From Callorhinchus milii (taxonomy: Eukaryota): DNA of 64,000 nucleotides. Below the pieces are notes generated by a model, which saw only the letters and a program-made list of their open reading frames with translations, made no database searches and was not told the DNA's origin. The DNA lies in NCBI RefSeq assembly GCF_018977255.1, contig NW_024704743.1, forward strand, positions 25,422,001 to 25,486,000, in the 5' to 3' direction. Made by a program: the position numbers and the translations under genes. Below, in pieces: positions 12,883 to 25,300 of the stretch. Numbering within the stretch: the first letter of the stretch is position 1; each line of letters begins with the position of its first letter.

Positions 12883-13288
12883 CCCGCTTCTTACTCCAGT
12901 CACAAAAGTGCATAAACTGGACATTAGGCAAAAAAAAGTCTTGACATTCTTCATCAGAAATATGCTGTGCAGAAAAAAAAGCACATCAAATGGCAAAGTG
13001 CTGTTCCAACATCGAAGTTGCTTCGAAGAGGAAGAGGTATTTCAGGAACCGCTAAATCTGGGCTTTCAAAATTACAAGACCTTCTCGTGAGGAGGTTTTA
13101 ACCTTTCAGCTGCCTCTCTACAGATATCCTGTTACACAACTATCTGCTGCACATCCCAATTATTAACTTGACCCAATTATTAACCCTTTCATGGTTGTTT
13201 AGATGGTAAAATTTCATTGAACAGCCGTTCTGAAACATATACGACATAGAAATATAAAGATTACAAGAGGATTTGTATGTGTGTATGT

Positions 13289-13322
13289 GGGGGGGGGGGG
13301 AGGGGGGGGGGGCGGTGGTGGT
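13289..13322 (+). repeat. Poly-G tract (G-quadruplex-capable)
   Basis: ggggggggggggaggggggggggggcggtggtgg. Confidence 0.85.
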
Positions 13323-13689
13323 GCTGGGGTCCTGTCAGAATTCTTAGATTGCTGTCTGGAGCTCCCTGTTTTTAAAAGCACACAGAGAAGAGAGGGATGG
13401 AGGTGGGGAGTTTGCCAGAACTTTGCAACAAGTGTCGTCAGCCAGTCTGCCGGTGTCTTACTCTGCATTACACTTGATCTTAGCCAAAAGGCCGAGAAGT
13501 GATCAGACTGTCACTTGATTCTGTCTGCCGGGTGTCTTAACAACAAATGACATTTATATAGAGTCTTTCATGTCGGAAGGTCACAGGCGCTGGGATGTCC
13601 TCCCGCCGTCCGAACAAGGTTGCAAGGCTCAGACAGTCACTCGCAGACTGTCTGCCAGTGTTTTACTCAGACCATCACTTGTCAGACCG

Positions 13690-14330
13690 TGTCAGCCTGG
13701 CTCAGTTGGTAACATCTGAGCCTCTGAGTCAGAAAGTTGTGGGTTCAAGTCCACTTCAGGCCCTTCCAGTCACTCCGCCTTGCCCCCTCTTTAGCCTCCT
13801 TCAAGTCCCGCCTCAAGACCCTCCTCTTCGACCATGCCATCGGTCACCCCCCTTCCCCTCCCTTTCCCCCCCCAACCCCAGCTCGGGTCTGAAATGCTGT
13901 ACTCTGTCCAGCGCCTTAGGACATCCTCCCGACATGAAAGGCGCTATACAGATGTAATCTTGCTGTTGTTGTTGTTGTTGAACTCGCATTGTCTGAGCTG
14001 ACACCAGTCCAGTGCTTGGGGAGTGCTGCGTTGATTGAGATGTCATGCTTCAGTTGAGACATTAAACCGAGGTCCCGTCTGCTTGTTCAGGTGGATGTTA
14101 AAGATCCCATGGTACTATTCGAAAAGAGAAGGAAGTTTCTTTTGGTGTCCTGGCCAATAATTCCCAAATTAATTTGGCCATTTGTTTGTAGGACATTGTA
14201 GTGTGCAATTGGCTGCCATGTTTGACTACAAACACACAGTTACTGCACTTTACAGTAAATCCTATGAAGTACTTGGGACATCTTCCTGACATGAAAGGCC
14301 CTATACCAAATGCAAAGATTATTATTATTA
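13690..14330 (+). mobile_element. SINE family B (DeuSINE-like), split by an L2 fragment
   Basis: gtcagcctggctcagttggtaacatc head; gagacattaaaccgaggtcccgtctgcttgttcaggtggatgttaaagatcccatgg. Confidence 0.8.
13765..13980 (+). mobile_element. Short L2 3' end inserted in a Deu-type SINE
   Basis: cctccttcaagtcccgcctcaagaccctcctcttcgacc...gacatgaaaggcgctatacagatg-(TTG)n splits the SINE at 13690-14330. Confidence 0.8.
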
Positions 14331-15760
14331 TGGACTGTCTGCCGAGTGTGTTTTCAAAACACCACTCAGCAACAACAACTTGCATCTATACAGTGCCCTT
14401 CACAAACAGCCATGAAGTGAGTGACCAATTTTATCCGAGGGCCGGTTGGCCAGGACATTGGGAGAAACTCCCTTCTATAAATTAGACTGAGGTATGGTTG
14501 TCAGTCTCCTCACCTGAGTGGCCATTCTTCATGGATGAACCTAGAGAGTGTCAGCAGTTTGAATGTGGAGGGCATGATTGCCAAGCCTGCTCCCATTCTT
14601 GCCCAGTGTGGTGATAGCATTTTTCTCCCTCCCCCCTCGACATCTTTCTTGGTAGTCATATCCATGAAGCCGGCTGGCCCAAGCATTTGACTTTCGCCCA
14701 CAAATATATAGTCAATTCACTTTACAGCATATTCTGTGAAGCGCTTTGAGACGTCGAGAAGACGTGAAAACGCTATATCAAATGCAAGGATTATTATTAT
14801 TATTATTTCATATAACATTGGAGTGTCACCTAGCATGATGCCATCTTTACTTTGTTTGATTGTAAACAGTATCCCACTCAGTTAAGTAAGTATCTCATTC
14901 ACTTGTATGACATGGTCTGCATCTTGGACAAGGAGATTGAGGAGAGTGTCAGAGGGGGAACGGCTCCAGCAAACCAAATTCCCAATCAATGTGCTAAATG
15001 TCAGAAAGTCACTGAATCCAGTGCATGAGTTACTTAGCATGTGGGTTTTCAGCTGGTACCATCCTACCCATTAGGATGTTGATTTAAAGAGGTATTAGAA
15101 GGTGAGAGGGGGGAAATCTTGTTTCCCCCAATGGAATGCCCATCCCTCCAAGCTCACTGATGAAGCAGGCTGGTCAATCATCAATAGTTCCCTCAATTTC
15201 CATGGCTGGGGCATCAGATCACACAGTGAGGATGTCACAATGGATGGAGACATCACTCTGTTCCTCTAGCCCTTCCCCGAGGGTGTCACCCTGAAGTAAT
15301 CCCGTCCTTGGAGAGACTCTGCATTCCTCCTTCTTCCTGCCTCAAGAATAAGGAAACAGTAGCCATGCTCATCGATGGTTCTACTCTTGGTGAATGGGGC
15401 TCCAACTATAGAGCGCTCTTGAATGCTAGCTTGTGTGAGGGGCACTATATAAATACAAGTTCTTATTGTTATATATTGCAATGTCTTGATGAGTAAAAAT
15501 GCACTACAGCAATTTTTAAAAAGCTAAATGAAAATAAACCCTGGTAATACCTAGAAAAATGGCATCTCTGCCACAGAAAGCTTCTCTTCATACCCTGAAG
15601 AAAAAATCCCGCTGACTTGTATTTTAATAATAATAATCCTTACATTTTATATAACTCCTTTCATGTTGGAAGGATGTCTCAATGCGCTTCACAGGAAAGT
15701 GTTGTGACTGTTTGCTTCATAGACAAACTTTGGAGTAAAATGTCAGTAAAATACACATGT

Positions 15761-16190
15761 GTCAGGCTGACTCAATTGGTAGCACTCTCAACTCGGAGCT
15801 AGAAGCTTATGTATTCAAACCCTACATTGGGCCTTTGAACTCAGTCTAGGCTGACACTCCAGTGCAGTGTTGGGAGTGTGCTGTATTGTTGGAGGTGTGG
15901 TCTTTCAGATGATGTGTTAAACTGAGGTTCTGCCTTCCTGTTCAGGTAAACGTTAAAGATCCCATGAAACCTATTTGAAACATGAAATGAATTTCTCTGA
16001 CCAAGAATCCTCCAGATAAAAATTGATTATTCACTTCATGAGTGTTTGTGGGTCATTTCGATGCGCAAATTGGCAGCCACATTCGCCTAAGAATAGACAG
16101 TCGCTACACTTCACAGAAAAATCCTGTGAAGTGCTTTGAGGTGTCTCGACAATATGATAAGACGCTGTACCAAATGCAAGGATTATTATC
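15761..16190 (+). mobile_element. SINE family B (DeuSINE-like)
   Basis: Full head, Deu domain and tail. Confidence 0.8.
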
Positions 16191-18013
16191 ATTTATCAAA
16201 ACAAACTGATGTGTCAAAACTATCTAAGTGTAATTTTGCTTGGATCGATTGAAGCCAGCAATAAAGAGCAGGTATTCTCCCAATTTTTGCTTGGTTCATT
16301 TAATTAATCTATTACAAGGATGGGAGGAAACGTCAATTGTTGGCAGTACCCTGGCCTTGGCTTGAATGCTTTTTATAGCCTCGTTTGTACATTTCCCACA
16401 ATGTCTGAAGACGCGTGCAGCGTTCTACTGTGCAAGCCTCAGGGCACGACTCGGAATTCTCAGGATTCAAGCAGGATGTACACTGTCACTGGCATGTCTC
16501 ACATGCTGAGGAATGAGGAGTTGATTCTTTAAGAAGCATGGCCTGCGTTGACATTGCGTTGGAAATGGGAATGCAACTGTAAGGCAGGCGTCTTTTACCT
16601 TAAAAAAAATGAAAACCACGAACATTGTGCACAGGAATCTCAGGTCAAATGGCATCAGATTTTGCGGTGAATTGATTCTGAGCCGTGCAGGCACTGCTGC
16701 GGGCTGACCCTGTGATGCTGTGTGTCTGTCAAAAGAATGGTTCATTGCTGAAAGCCTGTGTTTGCACAGAGAGGGAAAGGGTACCAACGCTCAGCAGAGT
16801 ATGGCCTCAGTTACTTTGGATTTAAACTGCAGTCTGGTCAATGTTGGCTGTGTGGTCTGCCTCTAATGTTATCACATTATTTGTATGGAGCTCCTTTTGT
16901 TACATAAATTAAGAAATAACACTTGTGTTTGACAGAGTGACTTGTCACATTGAAAAGTGTCAAAAGTACTTCACATATTCAGTTATATTGCGGTGTAGAG
17001 ACTATTGTTATGTAAGTATATGTGGGCAAGTAATCTGTACCTGGCATATTCCACAAACCACAACAAGATTTATGTTTTGTTTGGTGAATTTGAGTTAAGA
17101 AAGGAAATCGGCCAGGACGATGGGAGAAGTCTTGTTCAAAATAGGTCCAGGAGATCTTTAAATGTCTTCCTGAGCTATAGGAATGGGCCCAAGATATCAT
17201 CTCATCCAACAATGCAGGCCTCCCTCAGTACTGCACTGGAGTGTCAGGCTAGTCTATGAGCTCAAGTGATGCTGTGGAGCTTGAATTCACAACCTATGTG
17301 TCCAGAGGTGAGCTTGCTACTGACTGACAGACTTGGACTTATGCACCTTTTCTGCTATGTGATGGGAAATTCCATCCGAACAAGAAACATCCATTCCTTA
17401 GGGTCAAATTCTCAGATTCATTTTGTCCCTAAATAAAGGAACCTTGTTGAAATGTGTTCTGAAGTGTGCCCTCTCCCTCAACTTCTGAATTACGTTACCA
17501 CTCAAAAGCGAATGAAAGTGCCCGTCCTGGATTTCTGCTGAGTAGAGCTGAGTGCAGGCTTGTCCATCCTCACCGCTATTTTTAAAGAGAGACTTTTCAG
17601 ATCCTGCTTTACAGGATATCATTTGGTTCAATCATTATCCTGAAACGTAACAACAACAACAAATTGCGTTCATATAGCACCTTTCACTTTGGGAGGACAT
17701 CCCAAGGCACTGGGTAAATTGAGTAAATTGCTTCAGTGCGCTATCGTCACATCATGCGTACATGTCGCGGATATAGTGAGTGTGGGGTTGGTCTTCCTCT
17801 CCGATCAAAAAGCAATGTAGATTTGCACCTACTTCTACATGAAGGTGATGCCGATTAAGCAAGGAAAGTTATTTGTTGTCTTGGCATCAAACTGGTCTTA
17901 TCATCTAGTGGAAAAATGTGACATTCGCTGTCAAAATTCTCCCTGGTGATCAGCAGGACAATGTCAGAATTCCATTGCTGGTGATGGCCAAGTTGATGAT
18001 TGGGAATATAAAC

Positions 18014-18070
18014 CTCTCCTCTCTCTCTCTCTCTCTTTCTCCCTCTCTCTCTCACACACACACACACACA
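18014..18070 (+). repeat. (CT)n(CA)n compound microsatellite
   Basis: Direct reading. Confidence 0.9.
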
Positions 18071-18794
18071 TCCACACTTTGTTCAAATGGTTGCAACCAA
18101 AGACCTTAGTGGAGCCATGGAACACTCCATGCCCTTGAACGTGCTCTGAGTGCTTTGATTCCAACATTTCATTGCTGGTTTGTAGAAAATTAGTTCAGTT
18201 TCTAAACCGGTTACACTGGTTTCCCTAACCTTTACTAGCACATTAAAATCCTGAACTGCTGAACTCTTCATACATGCAGTGTCAACCCACAAGCTGAACA
18301 GGACTATGCCCGGAGTTTACTGAAGCCTGCTTACTCGGGCCATATTACGTTTCACCTTTTGGCCTATGCCCTATCAGGCAAACTGATTGTAACCAAGTTT
18401 TGCCATTCTTTCAACCCACTGAAAGAAATGTTGTCCCCTCCCACCAGGGCAAATAAAATGTCTCCTTTTATCCAGTTGTTGCAGTTTATCAAACCCAATG
18501 GACTGAATGTCCAATTCAGTCTACAAGGTTCACTAATTCAATGGGTTATCGCACTATCTGTATGGAACTCCTTTATTACAACAATCCATCACATAAAATT
18601 GATCATCCATTTCATGGGTGTTTGCCTTTGCAAAATCACTGCCACACTCGTGTACAAATATACAGTTATTACACTTTTCAAAAATTCTCCGTTGAAGTAC
18701 CATGAGACATTTCAATATGATAGACACAAAATCAAATGCAAGAACTATTATTAATTCATCAATAGCGGGATAAATATATCAGCCTAGCTCTGTC

Positions 18795-19112
18795 AGTCAG
18801 GCTGGCTCAGTTGGTAGCACTCTCACCTCTCAGTTAGAAAGTTGTAGGTTCAAGCCCCACATCGGGACTTGGAGCCCATATGATCCGAGCTGACACTCCG
18901 ATGCAGTACTGAGGGATCACTGCATCATCAGGAGTGCCACCCTTTGGATGAGACATCAAACTGAGGTCTTGTCTGCATATCCAAGTGAATGTAAATGATC
19001 CGATGACTATTGGAAAAGAAAAGGAAGTTTCTCCAATTGTCCTGGTAAACAGTCCCCAACATTTCAGATGACATGATAAGGCACTATATCAAATGCAATG
19101 ATGATTGTTATT
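18795..19112 (+). mobile_element. SINE family B (DeuSINE-like), ending about 95 nt before the linker exon
   Basis: gtcaggctggctcagttggtagcactctcacctctcagttagaaagttgtaggttcaagccc. Confidence 0.8.
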
Positions 19113-19206
19113 ATCATACATGCTTTATTTGCTAGTTCCTACTGTTAATACACCTGTACTGTGATATCCAGGGGAGTTGACTCTTGATTTTCTGTTTGTA
19201 TTACAG

Positions 19207-19325
19207 CCTTTGGGGAGAAGGAGTCACGGAAGGAAAGCCACCAACTCACCAAAAATGATATGGGAGTCAATGAGCCCACCCTTATGGCTGAGAACCGAAC
19301 CTCAGCAGGCCAGCTTTTACTTGAG
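19207..19325 (+). CDS. AHRR: AHRR exon: bHLH-to-PAS-A linker (human exon 4 equivalent)
   Basis: tttgtattacag|CC TTT GGG...CTT GAG|gtacgt; 119 nt; (A)[45 protein letters not shown] joins ALNGF, like human GRLLLE|SLNGF. Confidence 0.85.
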
Positions 19326-22300
19326 GTACGTAACATCTGGCAACAAAACCATTCCATTACTGAACAGCCAATGGCTCTGGATATATGCAAACTGTTACCA
19401 AATACCAAAGGTATCAGGTGTGGTCATGTAACTCACATGTGAGATGCAACATCAGATAGCACTTCAAGACTCTATCCTGTGTGAAGGGCACTGTAGGATG
19501 CTGTTGTGTTTTGCATATTATGGGATTTTGTTGGGTATTCACACGTTTCAACATTTTCACAATGGACACAGGACTTATTTGCACAGAGTGGTGTACAGTA
19601 ATGTCAGCTGATGGAGAACGGTTCACGTCATTGCTGTGAAGCCTCAAGTCACGCCACTTCATGTCACATTCTGCAGGTCCTGAGGCCGGGTTCATGCATG
19701 TTGTGTACAGTAACCATCACATATTTCAGGGCCAATGCACTGCATCGCTCTGCTCAATGCACTTGAGAGCTGAAGGTTTGGCGTGATGAACACAGATTTC
19801 CTATTACTGTACAGCAAGGGGCAAAATTGCACTGCTCTTAGAATCTGTCCCAGATGTACTGCTGTTAGTGCCATGATGATGGGAAGTTAAACATTTTGAA
19901 AAGGATTTTAAAACTGGCTATAGATCAACATTGCCATTTACTGGGATGCAAGCCCCAAAATAGATTAACTTTGAACCACTGAATAGGAGATGGACTGGAG
20001 AATTGAAATGCCTTGATTTTATATAAAAAATGATGGCATCAAAGTGTCAGTTCAATAACAACAACAATAACTACAACTTGCACTTATATAACCGCCCTCC
20101 ACGCAGGGTAGTGTCTCAGAGCGCTTAACAGTGGCGGAGCCTGACTCTGACTCCGCGTTCAGCAAGGAGATTGCGTCGATGAAATGATTCAGTGAAAGCA
20201 GCTGCACTGCCAATCTTCTCACCATCTGTATCCTGAAGAGCTGTAAATACTGGTAACAGAAATTGGTTTAAATAATTGAATAAATAATCCTTCTTTTGAT
20301 ATAGAATATATATAACCAGTGGCTATAACAACGAGCACTGTATTACAGTGGCAGCCTAGACTGTGAGCTGTCTTTATGTGGGGCTTGATCCCACAAACTT
20401 TTGAACAATAAGTAAGATTCCTGCCAACTGAGCCAGGCTGACACCTAAATGCTAATTATCATATCTGAGGTCCCGTTTTTCACCCTCTGAACCTCATTCA
20501 AGGTGATTTTGCCCACAAAATACAGTCAATCTACTTTACATTATATGCTGTGAAGCGCTTTGAGACGTCTCGATGTGATAAGGAGCTATATCAAATGCAA
20601 GGATTATTATTATTATTATGAGCAGTTGGGAGAAACAATTCTCTGGAAGGTGCAGGGGTGATTAGTCCCCAGCAATACTTCAGGAATGGCTCGAAATTTG
20701 TGGAACTTGTTTATTGCATTCAATGTGATAGTTGCCCAACAAAACATGGCAAATTTCACCCCTTAGTGTTCTTACTGTGCATGATGGAATCAGCTCAGGA
20801 GCCTCTCTCAGGAAAACTAAAGCAATAAATACTTCAGGAACCCATCTAACCAAGACAAACAGAAAGGTGCCAAGCGTACTTTGTATGTACATGATTCTGT
20901 ACATCTTAAGATGTTGACTGGTTTCACAGCAGCTTGGCAGAATCTTCTGATCAGTGAATTTAAAAGAGAATGTTGGACAGGGAGAGCTCTCCGTTGCAGG
21001 GGTTGATGTGGAGAGATGCCGAGTGAAGCTTGGCTATTTTGCTTTCACATGGTGGTGAGGCAGAAACTGGACTGGTCTTTAACAGCTGGTCTGGTCTCCG
21101 GCATCTTCTCAGAGAACTACTGCTGGAGGCCTAGGAAAGGGTCAGCCATAACTGTGGACAACAGCAGGTTGCATTTATATGGAGTCCAAGGGAAAGAGTG
21201 AAAAGAAGATAACTTAAAAATAAGGATGCATCTTCACGAAACGACCTTCCTCTTTGACCGCGGTCATCTTTTTCGCTCATCACCCCTTTGTCCCCCACCC
21301 ACTCAGCCCGCACCCCTCTCCCCAACTCAGGTGCAAACACTTGGGATGTCCTCCTGACGTGAAAGTTGCTATATAAACGTAAATTTGTATTGTGTTTAAG
21401 AGAGAATGCAATGTGAAAGAGAGGTATTACTGAAACCGTTTGGCTCACTGTCACAGACTGGAGTTGAACTTCAAATAATAATAATAATCCTTGCAGTCAA
21501 CAGACTTGACCCACTCAGAGTTGGCAACTGCTCTGCTTGGTAAGCTATTAGCATAAAGAAATCACAAGCCAATTGACAATTTTTTTTTAAGTCTAAGAAG
21601 GAATCAGGTTGTTGCTCTGAAATGAAATTCAGGCTGAACGCCAAGCCACTTGTAGATGGTAGATATTTCCTGGGGGAACACCACTGAGAGCCCTGAAAGA
21701 TGAACCCACAACAAGATTTCAGAAGGGAATTTGGTTTAATGATGTGCAGTTTGTAAGGATCCCAGACAGTGAACTGCATTCCAGGATGTGCCGGGTCACA
21801 GAGCAGTGTTTTGGCGAGTTGGATTGCGAGGGAAGTGCCTCTGAATCATCAACTTGTCATAATCAGCCTTCTTCTGGCTTTCCTCCACAGAGCGTACAGT
21901 GTAGATTTAAAAGGATACAATACAATTTATATTTATACAGCACCTTTCACATAGGGAGGACGTCTCAAAGTACTTGAAAGTTGAGTGGATATAGATATCA
22001 TGAGAGATATGGACAGCGTGCAGTTTTTCTCTCTGGAGTTGAAACAGAGCTTCAACATGCTATCCTGCGTAAAAGGCGCTATATAAATGCTTACTGTTGT
22101 TGATTGAGAGGGGACCTGATAGAATTGTTGCAATATGAAAGGATTTGATAGGGTGGATGTTGATAGGATGTTTCCCCTTGTCAGTGAGTCCTCAACAAGA
22201 CGTAAATATAAGATAACCAGAAGCACATCTAATAGGGAATTTTTAGGAGTGTCCTTAACCAGAGGGTAATCAGAATGTGAAACTCACCGCTAGAAGCTAT

Positions 22301-25300
22301 GGTTGTAGCAAAAAATTCCAACATGTTTCAGACAAAACTTGATGCAATACATGAGAGAGCTAGGAATAGAAGGGGTATAGGAGAAGGGAATGTGTGGGGG
22401 GTTGTGTGGAGTATAACCACTGGCATGGATTGGTCAGGTCAAATGACCTGTTTCCATGGCATATCATTCTGTGTAACTCTACGTCATTATCACTGATATG
22501 AAATAATCTCAATACATTCTGAGAATTCACATCCCCTGATTCACTGAAACAGGTGGAATCCATCCAATGTTTCCACGGTTCAGCAGAATGACCTTTAATC
22601 CAAAGAGTGAAGGTTGGTAGTGAGTGGGGTTTTAAGTTCAGGTGTAGGTTCATATCTATTCAATTTCAATATCAACAGTGCTATTTGGAAGATAGATCTC
22701 CAACCATTATACGCCTCGCCACAGCAGGTCTATGGTATAGAGAGGCAAAAGCTGGAGAGATTATTTTTAAAAAAACAAGCGGTGATGAAATAGAAAATAG
22801 AGTTCAGAGGCATCAATGCTATTGAAGCTGGACCTGAAGAATGAATGAATGAACAATATTAATATAATACAATACAATTTTCATTCACATCGAGAGGCTT
22901 CTCAAAGTGCTTAACACAGAACTTTGTGTGTACAATGTTTGTAATCCACATGAGCGCAAATCGAATGTGGCAATCGCCTACGAAATACATTGTAATACCA
23001 GCTAATGTTAAGAGTTTTAGGAGACAGTTTGCTGATACTGCACTGATCTGGGATGTAGGATTGATGAAAATAGAAATAGGAACTGGCCCAAGCTTTAGGG
23101 ACATGTGTTTTCAGTGAGCATTTGATTGTAGCACTTTCGCTTGGTGCATTTGAGAAGATTAATAACATTAATCATTTTAATCATAGATTCTGTTTGATTT
23201 CTGTGCTTGTCTGAAGCAGGAATCATTGAAGATAATAAAATCCAGCAGTTCAGATATAATCTGGGGTTTACAGATGGAGCGATATCAAACAGCTTGAGAA
23301 GGGATATGGTTTGTCATTGCCGACATGATATTCGGTGACATCCAACATTATCATCAGAGCAAGAGAGCCAAGCATTGTGGGCGAGTCCCTCTGAGCTGCA
23401 CAATCACTAATAAAGTACTTGGTGAGGTGCCATCCTTTGAATGAGCCATTAAACCAAGGTCTAGTTTGCCTATTAAGGTAGATGTTAATTATCCCATAGC
23501 ACTATTTGGAAAGAGAAGTTGGTTTCTGTCAGTGTCCTGGCCAACTATCCCCAAATAAAATTGATCAAGGCTGTTTGCTGGACAATACTGTGTGCAAATT
23601 GGCGGATGTGTTTGCCTACAAATAAATAATGATTGTTGCATTTGATATCGCGCTTTATCATGTTTTCGAGATGTCACAAAGCGCTTCACAGAACATACTG
23701 TAAAGTGAATTTTGTGAGCGAGTTGCGGCAGCCAATTGCACACGGCAACAACAACAACTTGCACTTATATAGCCCCCTCCACTACTGGCAGCGTCTCAGA
23801 GCGCTTAATAATGGCGGAGCCTGACTACGAGCCTGGAGTGGGGAGGTGGTCGTAAGCACGGTCGAAGAGGACGGTTTTCAGGCGGGCCGTTAAATAGGGG
23901 AGAGAGGGGGCAAGGTGGAGGGACTGAGGGAAAGCATTCCAGAGTTTTGAGGCTTAGTGGCTGAAAGTGTGACCTCTGATGGTGGGGCGAAGGGTGTGAG
24001 GGATGAAGGAGGCCGGTGCCAGTCGAGTGGAGGCACCGGGTGGTGGATTGGGGAATAAGGAGGTCGGAGAGGTAGGGAGGTGCCAGAGAGTGAAGGGATT
24101 TGAACACAAGTGTGAGGATCTTGAAGTCGATCCCTTTGGTAACGGGGGAGCCAGTGGAGCCTGGCCAGAACTGGTGAGTTTGGTCCACGTCAGTATGCGG
24201 GCGGCAGAGGTTTGAATGAGCTGGATCTTTTGAATAGTGGAGCTGGGAGACTGGTGAGAAGTGCATTTAAGCAGTAGGTGACAAACCCATGCACGAGGGT
24301 TTCGCTTGCAAAAAGTGGTGGACTATGTGACCAATATATTATTATTTTTTTGAAGGAATTAATACCCCCGGAAAAGCGATCTACCAATCGATTAACAACC
24401 AGGTTCCTACTTACTGCTAGGTAAACAGAAGCGTGTGGAGTAAGGAAACTTGCCCAACATTTCACGCTGCCGGGATCAAACCCAGGTCTCTCGCTTGCGA
24501 GGCGAGTGCTCTAACCACTGAGCTAAAGGATTCCACGATACAGTCATTTCACTTTACAGTAAGTCATGTGTAGTTCTTTGAGAGATTCATATATAACTCT
24601 CTCTTTCTCTCTTCATATATATCACAAGATCACAAGATTGGTCTGGATGAAAAAGGCCCTTTGCCCTTCCGATCTGATCTCATTCTTCCTGAACATCCAC
24701 CCTACCATCCCCTCATCACTGCGTCAAGCTACTTTTTAAATGAATTGAACTATTGCAGAGAAAACATAGCGTAGATTCATGATGTTATACTAATATGTAC
24801 ATTTTATATTTCCGCCTTTTTTTGTAAAAAAAATTGCAACAAGAACAAATTTGGTTTTAATTTCCCTGGCCTCTATCGTCTTTCCTGGAAACCTATTCCA
24901 GTTATTGATTACTTTGTGGAGTCCTGTAGCTCAGTGGTTAGGGCATTCGCCTTGCAAGCGAGAGACCTGGGTTTGATTCCCAGCAGGGCGAAACCTTGGA
25001 CAAGTTTCCTTACTCCACACACCTGATAATAATACCTCAAGAAAAAAATAAAATAAATAAAAATAAAATAATAATAATTTAGTCACTCAATCCACGACTG
25101 TTTGTGGGACACTGCTGTGCACAATTGGCTGCCTCATTTCACCCACAAATATGCAATTAATTCACTTTAGAGTATATTCTGTGAAGCGCTTTGAGACTTC
25201 TAGAAGTCATGAAACATCGCAATATCAAATGCAACTATTATTGTATTATTATTATTACTCTGAGTAAAGAAAAACCTCCTGGTACTTGTCCTGAAATTGC

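Noticed and set aside
13214..13502. Poly-Pro and poly-Gly ORFs
   Set aside because: Translations of a poly-G tract.
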